NCBI GenBank assembly: GCA_964527755.1
Contig: CAZGOL010000002.1
Span: forward strand, 1-42,272
From: an uncultured Ottowia sp.
GTDB taxonomy: Bacteria > Pseudomonadota > Gammaproteobacteria > Burkholderiales > Burkholderiaceae_C
Length of the DNA stretch: 42,272 nucleotides
Reading direction: 5' to 3'
Shown here: positions 9,846-17,872 of the stretch, in pieces
Layout of the letters: every line of letters starts with the position of its first letter
Numbering within the stretch: the stretch's first letter is position 1
Made by a program: the position numbers and the translations under genes
The notes under the pieces: generated by a model
Seen by the model: only the letters and a program-made list of their open reading frames with translations
The model's database searches: none
What the model was told of the DNA's origin: nothing

Positions 9846-10658
9846 TCAGCCGTGTTTCTCGCTCATGCTGGCGTCCTGTCGGATACGCTCGATCGCCACG
9901 CCCTTGCTTCCGTCGAAGTCGATCGCCAACAACTCCTGGGCGTACGCGGCCAGTTGCTGGCGCGCGCCTTCCAGTTCGGCCTCCTTGTCAGCGAACGCCT
10001 GCAGCACCGCTTGTGGTCCCGGTGCGACGCGTGTGATCACGCCGGTACCGACCGCGGAGAGGGGTTCCCCGGCCAACAGGGCTTCCACGGCGCGCCGCTC
10101 GCGCTCCAGTTGCGTGCCCGCCCACAGCGCAGCCGGCAGCGATGCACCCAGCGCCGATGCGAGCACGGCGATGGCGGCGAGCCAGCGTGCGTGCGCCAGG
10201 CTGCCTTGCATCGATGCACTGCCGCTGGCGCTCACCAGCACGGCACCGGCGGGTGCGCCCTGTCCGGCGATCTGCACGCTCACGCGGTCACCGGGCCGAG
10301 CCTCGATCGCCAACCCCGCCGACTGCAGCGTCCTGCCGTCGGGCAGGATTACGGCGATCGCCGTCAGCATCGGCTGATCCTTCAACGTCGCCTGCAGGTA
10401 GGGCGTCAATCCGGGCAGTTCGGACAGTGGGATGCCCAGCCGAACGGCGCGTTCAAGCTGTTGCGCCAGCGTCTGGGCCACCGACTGCGCCATGGCGTGT
10501 GCATCCCGTTGCGCGGCGTGGGAGCCGTCGGCCTGCAGTTGAGCCAGCGCCCAGGCAGCGCATCCGGCACCCAGGGCCAGCACCACCGCGAACACCAGCA
10601 CCCCCACGCGGCAACGCAGGTCACGTGTCCAGTGGCCGGAGGTCTCATGGTTTGCCAT
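9846..10658 (-). CDS. Hypothetical 2-TM protein with periplasmic Cache/PDC-like domain (type B)
   Basis: TM, then RAVRLGIPLSELPGL...IAVILPDGRTL...PAGAVLV, TM and a short helical tail; start at ATG 10658 overlaps the upstream stop. Confidence 0.7.
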   Translation of the reverse strand: MANHETSGHWTRDLRCRVGVLVFAVVLALGAGCAAWALAQLQADGSHAAQRDAHAMAQSVAQTLAQQLERAVRLGIPLSELPGLTPYLQATLKDQPMLTAIAVILPDGRTLQSAGLAIEARPGDRVSVQIAGQGAPAGAVLVSASGSASMQGSLAHARWLAAIAVLASALGASLPAALWAGTQLERERRAVEALLAGEPLSAVGTGVITRVAPGPQAVLQAFADKEAELEGARQQLAAYAQELLAIDFDGSKGVAIERIRQDASMSEKHG

Positions 10659-11394
10659 CGAGTGCCTCCAATTGCTCGCGCGCCTGTTGGTAACGCTCTC
10701 GCTGCTCGTTCCACCGCTCGATTTGCCGTCGTGCGGCTTGCACCAATGCCCCCTCGGTCCGAGGCTTGCCGCCCTGAAGCGTGCGTGCGGCATCGTCGTA
10801 TGGGCGCAGCATCCGTGCGAGGGCGACATACGTTCCGCCGCCCGCCATGAGCACGACCAGCAAGGCGAACAGGAGCCATTGCACGGCCGATTGCGCCTGC
10901 TCTTTCCATTGCACCAGCGTGGCGGGGGCGATGACGGTGGAGAGTGTCACGACGACGGCACCGGCCGCCTGCCGCAGGTCGTTGTCGAAGCGCAGGCCGA
11001 CTTGGCGCAGGTTGGAGGATTCGAGCTGCCACGCCGTTGCCTGGGTCAGACGCTGGCGCCAGTCCTCGGGGGCCTGCTGGCCGCGGTTGTCGACATCGGT
11101 GCTGTAGAGCACCGTGCCGCTGGCACTGAATACGTCGATGGCAACGATTTGCGCAAAGGCGTTCTTCTCGCGCTCGATGACGTTCTGCAACGCATTCATC
11201 TGGTCGAGTTGCAGGCCGATCGCCAGGTAGTCCTCGGTCGTGGTGCGCAGGTGCTGGAGCAGGTAGCCGTCCACCTGGGCCTGCCATTCGTGCCGGCGTG
11301 CCTGGTCCAATTGCCAGCCCACGCCCGCAAGTGCCACCAGAAGCGCCAGCGCGCCCGCGACGGCGAGCGTGGCGACGCGCGAGATCGGTGTCAT
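10645..11394 (-). CDS. Hypothetical 2-TM protein with periplasmic Cache/PDC-like domain (type A)
   Basis: ATGA-coupled to the racemase stop; TM, then YLAIGLQLDQM...IDVFSASGTVLYSTD...FDNDLRQAAGAVVV, TM. Confidence 0.72.
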   Translation of the reverse strand: MTPISRVATLAVAGALALLVALAGVGWQLDQARRHEWQAQVDGYLLQHLRTTTEDYLAIGLQLDQMNALQNVIEREKNAFAQIVAIDVFSASGTVLYSTDVDNRGQQAPEDWRQRLTQATAWQLESSNLRQVGLRFDNDLRQAAGAVVVTLSTVIAPATLVQWKEQAQSAVQWLLFALLVVLMAGGGTYVALARMLRPYDDAARTLQGGKPRTEGALVQAARRQIERWNEQRERYQQAREQLEALDGKP

Positions 11395-12503
11395 GGCAGG
11401 GCCTCCAGCCGGCGCCGGTGCGCCAGTCGCCCCGCCAGCGTCAACAGCACGTTGGGCGCCACCTGCGCCGCGGACGCGAGCACCTCCACCGGTTGTCGCC
11501 GCCCGAACACCTCGACCCACTGACCGACTTGCACTTCCTCGGGATCGAACGCGCTGACGTCCAGCGCCACCATCCCCATCGCGACGCCCCCGACGATCGG
11601 TGCCGGCTTGTCCGCCAGCATCAAGTGGCCCCGGTTCACCAGGCCGAAAGGGAGACCGTCGCCGTACCCGAGGGCGACGGTGGCGATGCGGCGCCGACGG
11701 TCGCTGATGTAGCTGCCCGCGTAGCCCACTTCGGTGCCAGCCGGGACTTCGGCGACGCGCAGCACCGGTGCCTGAAGGCACGCCACTGGCCGCAGCGGAG
11801 CCTGCACGCGCACGTTGGTCGCGATGCCCCACAGTGCGCTGCCCACACGCGCGTGCTCGAACTGCCAGGCAGGACCCGAAAAGACGCTGGACGAAGTGGC
11901 AATGCTGCGGTCGGCCGCGGGCAGTGCCGCCGTCCACTGCAGAAAACGCTCGCGCTGGCGTCGGCATTGCGGTGTCTGCGGATCGTGGAAACGCCCCAGG
12001 TGCGTCACCCAGAGTCGCAAGTCGGCGTGCTTCCACAGCGCACTGTCAGCTCGCAGTTGCGCGAGCGCCGTCTCGTCGAAGCCCAGCCGCGTGAGTCCCG
12101 TGTCCAGCTGCACCGCCACCGGCAGGCGGGTTGCGCAACGCGATTGCATCAGCGCCGGAATTTCGTGCGGTCCGGCAAGCACCGGGATCAGGTGTTCCGC
12201 CAGCCAGTCGCGCGCAGGCAGGCCACCCATGCCATTGAGCACGTAGATGCGCGCGTCCGCCGCCCGCAGATGCGGGCGCAGGGCTCGCGCCTCATCGATC
12301 GTGGCGACCCAGAAATCCCGGCATCCGAGCGCCCACAGGGTGGGGGTGACCTGATCCACACCCAGTCCGTAGGCGTCGTTCTTGAGCACGGCACCCACGC
12401 GACCTCGTGGGTTGGTGGCCTGCACGGTCCGCCAGTTGTGTGCCAGCGCTTGCACATCGATCAGCAGGCGAGGCGCGTCGGCGGCTTCCGGTGGCCCCCT
12501 CAT
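11391..12503 (-). CDS. Alanine racemase-family PLP enzyme (divergent)
   Basis: AVLKNDAYGLG (PLP Lys), DTGLTRLGF, EVGYAG, GYGDGL; ATGA-coupled at both ends. Confidence 0.88.
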   Translation of the reverse strand: MRGPPEAADAPRLLIDVQALAHNWRTVQATNPRGRVGAVLKNDAYGLGVDQVTPTLWALGCRDFWVATIDEARALRPHLRAADARIYVLNGMGGLPARDWLAEHLIPVLAGPHEIPALMQSRCATRLPVAVQLDTGLTRLGFDETALAQLRADSALWKHADLRLWVTHLGRFHDPQTPQCRRQRERFLQWTAALPAADRSIATSSSVFSGPAWQFEHARVGSALWGIATNVRVQAPLRPVACLQAPVLRVAEVPAGTEVGYAGSYISDRRRRIATVALGYGDGLPFGLVNRGHLMLADKPAPIVGGVAMGMVALDVSAFDPEEVQVGQWVEVFGRRQPVEVLASAAQVAPNVLLTLAGRLAHRRRLEALP

Positions 12504-13171
12504 GCCTGCGACTCCGCCAGCGGGGGCAGCAGGCACAGTTGTCCAGGTTCGCGACCCGGTGCCACGCCGCGCCAGCCTTGGTGCAGCAATCGTTGCTGTT
12601 CATCGAGCGCATCGCTGTCCAGGGTCCGCGCACGCGCGGCGTTCCCGTCGAACCGTTGACCGGGCACACGCGCCAGCAGGTAGCGCACCAAGCCGCCATA
12701 GCGCCGTTGCAGTGCATGCACCAGCAGCCCGCAGGCCAGCAGGCTGCGCCAGCTGGCCGGGTTGGACGGACCAGCGGTCGCAAAGACGGCCTGGGTGCCG
12801 GCCCAGTCGAGGCGCCGCGCGATCAGTGCCCGCTGCAGACCCTGACCGCGCCAGCGCACGTCCACCGCCGCGCCAGCCAGCTTCACCAGCGGCTGGGTGG
12901 GCGCCAGCCCCAGCAGTGCGCGCGGGTCGTCATCGGGCAGCAAGTCGTGCTGCAGCACGCCGTAGGCGACGAGCACGTCGCCGTCCCAGACGCCCAGCAC
13001 CCGACCACGGCCGCGCAGCAGACTGTCCAGAAACTCCCGCGACTCCGGCTTGACCGCCTGCGGCGGCAGATCGGCGATGCTGCACCGATGCAGCGCATGC
13101 ATCGCGTCCAGGTCGGCCGGTTGCATGGGCGCCCAGCGCAGGCGACTCGCCAGCGCCGAGGGTGTGCTCAT
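12500..13171 (-). CDS. GNAT family N-acyltransferase
   Basis: Motif A VDVRWRGQGLQRALI, NPASWRSL; ATG 13171 overlaps the SBP stop (ATGA). Confidence 0.8.
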   Translation of the reverse strand: MSTPSALASRLRWAPMQPADLDAMHALHRCSIADLPPQAVKPESREFLDSLLRGRGRVLGVWDGDVLVAYGVLQHDLLPDDDPRALLGLAPTQPLVKLAGAAVDVRWRGQGLQRALIARRLDWAGTQAVFATAGPSNPASWRSLLACGLLVHALQRRYGGLVRYLLARVPGQRFDGNAARARTLDSDALDEQQRLLHQGWRGVAPGREPGQLCLLPPLAESQA

Positions 13172-14220
13172 GAGGCCGACGCGGTGGCACCGCCCACGGC
13201 GATGACTTCCGCGTAGTTGAGCATGTCGATCGGGGGGTACAAGCGCAATTCCCGCGCCACCTGCATGTTCACCAGCAGCGAGAACCGCTTGAGTGTCTCG
13301 ACCGGAATGGTCCCCGGGGCGCGGCCTTCGACCAGGATCGCATGCGCCTTGACACCGGCAAGCTGGCCGACCGAGTAGTACCTGCTGATGAGCCCCACCA
13401 ATGCGCCGCCCGAGCGCACCGCCAGCTCGGCCGCACCGAACGAGGGCAGGTGCAGCCGCAGCGCAGCGGGAGAGACGCGATCGAACAGCGTTCCGAGAAA
13501 AGTGTCGGGCAGCAGGTACAGCCACTCCGCGCCCGCCGCGCTCAACTCGTCGATGAGTTGTTCGACGCCGTCAGCGATGGGCAGTCCGCGTGAATCGGTG
13601 TGGAAGCGCCGCGTCAGCAGTTGCGTACCGCGCTGTTCGCAGAACGCCCTGGCCTCGTCGACGATGGCCACCGAGTTGGGCTCGGCGCCGTTGTAGAGCA
13701 CGCCCAGCCTGCGGTAAGCGCGGTAGTTTTGCATCACGCGCAGTTGCACGGCGGGTGGCACCACGTGGACCGCACCGGTCACGTTGCGTCCCGGCAGCGC
13801 GAGGTTTTGCACGATGCCCGACTGCACCGGTGCCGCCACCAGCGCGAACACCACCGGAATGTCGCGTATGAAGCGATGCTCGAGATCGGGGTCGTCGTGC
13901 CGGCCCACCAGCGCCAGCGTGGCGGGCGTGCCCCAGACGTAGATCAGATCGGGCGCCAGTGTGCGGATTTCCTGCACGATGGCGGGCATGCGCGCGATGT
14001 CTTGCCCCAAGTCGCGCACCGTGTAGCGCACCGGCAGACCGGCGTCGGCCAGGTAGGCGCAAAAGCCCTTGTCGACATCGGTTTCGCCCCGGAACGTAAC
14101 CATCACGATGTGCACCGGGCGTTCGCGTTCGGCCGCCGCAGCACGCGCTCCCAGTGACGCCAGCAGTGGCAGGCTGGCGCACCGAAAGCCATGGCGAAGA
14201 AAGCGACGGCGGGCGAACAT
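13168..14220 (-). CDS. Periplasmic substrate-binding protein (ABC_sub_bind / TrpX-like type 1 fold), Tat signal
   Basis: MFARRRFL twin-Arg, PDLIYVWGTPA, IPVVFALVAAPV, GRNVTG, LGVLYNGAEPNS, LLVNMQVA. Confidence 0.88.
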   Translation of the reverse strand: MFARRRFLRHGFRCASLPLLASLGARAAAAERERPVHIVMVTFRGETDVDKGFCAYLADAGLPVRYTVRDLGQDIARMPAIVQEIRTLAPDLIYVWGTPATLALVGRHDDPDLEHRFIRDIPVVFALVAAPVQSGIVQNLALPGRNVTGAVHVVPPAVQLRVMQNYRAYRRLGVLYNGAEPNSVAIVDEARAFCEQRGTQLLTRRFHTDSRGLPIADGVEQLIDELSAAGAEWLYLLPDTFLGTLFDRVSPAALRLHLPSFGAAELAVRSGGALVGLISRYYSVGQLAGVKAHAILVEGRAPGTIPVETLKRFSLLVNMQVARELRLYPPIDMLNYAEVIAVGGATASAS

Positions 14221-14232
14221 CGATACATTTTC

Positions 14233-16593
14233 TCACGATTGCCCGGTGACCGATACCCTGCTCGCGGTCCGGATGCTCCAGCCATAGGCCAGGCTGCCCG
14301 CGACCACGAGCGCGCCGATGGCAGCCAGCGCGGGCCCGAATCCAGCCAGCGGCAATAGCCAGGCGCCCAGCAATGGCCCGATCGCGCTGCCGCCACGCTC
14401 GGTCAGTCGAAACAGGCCCAAGACCGCAGCCTCCTGCGTACCACCATCGCTTCGCGCCAGATCGGCCACCAGTGCTGACTGCGGCGTGATTGACAGCGCC
14501 TGACCCAGCCCCAGCCCCAAGAGGATCCAGGCCAGGGTCAACGGCGTGTTGCCCGTCGGCCACGCCAGACACGCGGTGGCGCCGGCCAGCAGGCCGCCCA
14601 GCACGACGAATGCCGAGCGGTACGGCCAGCGGTCAGCGGCCCGTGCCGCCAGCGGAACCACCAGGACCATCGCCAGCGGGTAGATCGTCTGCAGCCGGCC
14701 GATCACCGCGCTGCCGTGCCCTTCGTCTTGCAGGTGCATCGGCAGCAGATAGAAGCACAGCGCGGCCAGCAGCAGTTTGGCCGGCAGGGCGCAGCCCAGC
14801 AGCAGGGGCAGCAGGCCAGATCGGCGCCACGTGCCGATGCTCGCGGACGTTGAATGCGGTGCCGACGGCGTCACGTGTGCCATGTCTCGGGCGCCGGACA
14901 TTTGCACCCACGCCGCCAGCGCGGCGAGTGCGGCAACACCGGCGGCGACCGCGAACGTGGTTGGCACGCCCCAGTGCTCGGCGGCCAGGCCGCCCAACGC
15001 GGGACCGCACAGGCCCGCCACGAGGATGGCGCGCACGAACTGACCGAGACTGCGTGCCCGGTCGCGGGTTGATGAACCGTCGATCACCGCGCCTTGCGCC
15101 GATACGAACACCATGGCAAACCCCACCGCCCCAACCAGACGAGCGCCGACGAGCGCCACGTAGCCCGGCAGCCAGGCGGCGCCTGCCAACCCCAGGGATC
15201 CCAGCAGTGCGCCCAATACCAGGCAGCGGCGACGCCCCAGGCGCTGCGACCACGCCGCCAGCGGCCACTGCAGCAGTGCCACCACAGCCAGGAACACGAC
15301 CAGCGGACCGCTGGCAAGCAGATCCGGCGTCATTCCCCAGCTTGTCGGTGCCAACTCGCGCGCCCAGGTTGGCAAGAACGGGCGTGTCAGCTCTTCTGCC
15401 AACATGAACAGGAACAGTGCGGGCCGCACCGAGGCGGCACTGGTCGGTCGCCAACCGAGCGACAACCCGCGTGCGCCGGCGTGACGGCTGCGCCAGGCCT
15501 CGGTCACCGTCAAAGCCCGCGCGCCGCGCGTGCCCAGCCCCAGCGCCACCCATTCAAGCGCCAGCAGCAGGCAGATGGCACCCAGAAAGGCGACGTCCAG
15601 CAGGCGAGCCTGCAACTGGCGAGTCAGCACCCCGGGATCAAGCGCCAGCACCACCCGGCCGGCCAGCGTGCCATCCGCCAGCCGAACTGGGGCCGCAACC
15701 GTGGGCAATCCAGACCCGACGCGCGATCCGGCCAGCACCTGACCATCCGGTGTCAGGAAAGCCAGTGACGCGACTTCGGAGTTGCGTTGACGCAATTCGG
15801 TCGTGTGCTGGGGCAGCCCCGTCAGCGCGTCGGCAGGCACGCCGACGTCGAGCGCCCGCGCGATCAGCGCCGCGCTGGAGCGCGCCAGGGCTTCGGCCTG
15901 TGCCTGCTGCGCCGGGGCGATCGCCGCCTGTCCCGCGAGGTTGGCCTGCCAACCCATCCAAGCCAGCGCAACGCCCAGGCTCAGCGCCGCAGTGCTCGCC
16001 AGGAGGTTGCGTTCGCCGCCGAACAGGGTCAGCGCGGCAAGGCCGCGCCGCAATCGCCAGACCAGTGCGGCGCACAGCGAGCCGAGCACCACCAGCATCA
16101 GCAACAGGGCCGGCCAGGTGGCCTGCCGCACCGTCTGCTTCAGTTGCTGTTGCGATTCACGCAACGCTCCGTCGTCGTAGCGCAGACGTGCCCAGCCGAC
16201 CGTCTGGCCCAGGTCGTTGCGAATGGGGGCGGCGGCTACCGCCGTTTCGCCGGAGGTCACTCGGTCGGTTCTTGCCGTCACCAGCACGTCGCCGTTCACG
16301 GCGTCGATCGTGAAACGGTGCAGTGCCGGTCCCAGCGCTGCTGCCTCGCGCGTGAGCAATCCGGCCAGCGGGGTGTCGGACGCCAGGGGGACGCCGACGG
16401 CCAGTGCGTTCTCGGCGGCCTGCGCGGCGCGTTCGGTGGCCAGCGTGAACCGCGCCGTGAAGGCGCTGCGCTCGGCTGCGCGCAGCGTGCTCTCGGTCAG
16501 GGTGGCCCCCGCCAGCAGCGTTGCGATGTCGATCAGCGCGAGCAGGGCGGCAAAACGCCACCACAGCCGCACCATCCACGTTGCCGCCGGCAT
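14233..16593 (-). CDS. MFS transporter fused to ~380 aa N-terminal region with two TM-flanked periplasmic domains
   Basis: C-terminal ~400 aa of 12-TM MFS character (WSQRLGRRR, GARLVGAVG, GPALGG, GPLLGA); N-terminal region has two A-L-x-V-G-V-P repeats. Confidence 0.85.
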   Translation of the reverse strand: MPAATWMVRLWWRFAALLALIDIATLLAGATLTESTLRAAERSAFTARFTLATERAAQAAENALAVGVPLASDTPLAGLLTREAAALGPALHRFTIDAVNGDVLVTARTDRVTSGETAVAAAPIRNDLGQTVGWARLRYDDGALRESQQQLKQTVRQATWPALLLMLVVLGSLCAALVWRLRRGLAALTLFGGERNLLASTAALSLGVALAWMGWQANLAGQAAIAPAQQAQAEALARSSAALIARALDVGVPADALTGLPQHTTELRQRNSEVASLAFLTPDGQVLAGSRVGSGLPTVAAPVRLADGTLAGRVVLALDPGVLTRQLQARLLDVAFLGAICLLLALEWVALGLGTRGARALTVTEAWRSRHAGARGLSLGWRPTSAASVRPALFLFMLAEELTRPFLPTWARELAPTSWGMTPDLLASGPLVVFLAVVALLQWPLAAWSQRLGRRRCLVLGALLGSLGLAGAAWLPGYVALVGARLVGAVGFAMVFVSAQGAVIDGSSTRDRARSLGQFVRAILVAGLCGPALGGLAAEHWGVPTTFAVAAGVAALAALAAWVQMSGARDMAHVTPSAPHSTSASIGTWRRSGLLPLLLGCALPAKLLLAALCFYLLPMHLQDEGHGSAVIGRLQTIYPLAMVLVVPLAARAADRWPYRSAFVVLGGLLAGATACLAWPTGNTPLTLAWILLGLGLGQALSITPQSALVADLARSDGGTQEAAVLGLFRLTERGGSAIGPLLGAWLLPLAGFGPALAAIGALVVAGSLAYGWSIRTASRVSVTGQS

Positions 16594-16612
16594 GCGCTCG
16601 TCGGGGCGGCGT

Positions 16613-17794
16613 TCAGCTCAGCTCGAGCGCCACCGCCGTCGCCTCGCCGCCGCCGATGCACAGCGTGGCGAGGCCCTTCCTGAGTCCGCGGGCCTTGAGT
16701 GCGTGCATCAGCGTCACCATGATGCGCGCACCGCTGCAGCCGATCGGATGGCCCAGGGCGCAGGCGCCGCCGTTGATGTTGACCTTCTCGTGGGGCACCT
16801 TCAGGTCGTGCATCAGCGCCATGGGCACCACGGCGAAAGCCTCGTTGATTTCCCACAGATCAACCTCGCCCACCGTCCACCCGGCCTTGGCCAGCGCCTT
16901 TTCGCTGGCGCCGATCGGGGCGGTGGTGAACCAGCCGGGCTCCTGCGCGTGCGTGGCGTGGCTGGCGATCCGCGCGAGCGGCGTGCACCCCAGTTTGCTG
17001 GCCGTGCTTTCGCGCATCAGCACCATGGCGGCGGCGCCGTCGTTGATGCTGGAACTGGCGGCGGCGGTGATGGTGCCGTCTTTCTTGAACGCGGGCTTGA
17101 GCGTGGGGATCTTGTCGATCTTGATGCGACCCGGGCCTTCGTCGATTTCGACCACGCGCTCACCCTTGCGGTCCTTCACCGTCACCGGGGCGATCTCGGC
17201 CTTGAACGCGCCGCTGGCGATGGCCGCCTGGGCGCGCTGTACGCTGGCCATCGCGAAGGCATCCTGCGCCTCGCGAGTGAACCGGTACTTGGCTGCGCAG
17301 TCCTCGCCGAAGGTACCCATGCTGCGACCGGCCTCGTAGGCGTCTTCCAGTCCGTCAAGCATCATGTGATCGAACACCCGATCATGCCCCATGCGATAGC
17401 CACCACGTCCCTTGAGCAGGAGGTAGGGTGCGTTGGTCATGCTTTCCATCCCGCCGGCGACGATGACGTCCTGGCTTCCGGCCAGCAGCATGTCGTGCGC
17501 GAACATCGCCGCGCGCATGCCCGAGCCGCACACCTTGTTCAGCGTCACGGCGCCGCAACTGCGCGGCAGGCCACCCTTGTGTCCGGCCTGACGGGCCGGT
17601 GCCTGGCCCTGCCCGGCGGGCAGCACGCTGCCGAACAGCAGTTCTCCCACGACCTCGGGCTTGACGCCGCCGCGTTCGAGCGCGGCCCTGATGGCCACGC
17701 CCCCCAGGTCGTGTGCGGCCAAGCTGGAGAAGTCGCCCTGGAAACTCCCCATGGGGGTGCGGGCGGCGGAAACGATGACGATGGGATCGGACAT
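16613..17794 (-). CDS. Acetyl-CoA C-acyltransferase (thiolase)
   Basis: ARTPMG, NKVCGSG, EINEAFA, GHPIGCSG, LCIGGGEA. Confidence 0.96.
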   Translation of the reverse strand: MSDPIVIVSAARTPMGSFQGDFSSLAAHDLGGVAIRAALERGGVKPEVVGELLFGSVLPAGQGQAPARQAGHKGGLPRSCGAVTLNKVCGSGMRAAMFAHDMLLAGSQDVIVAGGMESMTNAPYLLLKGRGGYRMGHDRVFDHMMLDGLEDAYEAGRSMGTFGEDCAAKYRFTREAQDAFAMASVQRAQAAIASGAFKAEIAPVTVKDRKGERVVEIDEGPGRIKIDKIPTLKPAFKKDGTITAAASSSINDGAAAMVLMRESTASKLGCTPLARIASHATHAQEPGWFTTAPIGASEKALAKAGWTVGEVDLWEINEAFAVVPMALMHDLKVPHEKVNINGGACALGHPIGCSGARIMVTLMHALKARGLRKGLATLCIGGGEATAVALELS

Positions 17795-17872
17795 GATGCT
17801 CTCCTTCGAGTCAGGCAAATCGGTGACGGATCGATGATGGTGCGAAAAGCACCGGTGTACGTGCCATGGCCT

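Noticed and set aside
2602-16612. Active mobile element or att sites around the module
   Set aside because: No integrase, transposase, tRNA or direct repeat recognisable at either junction
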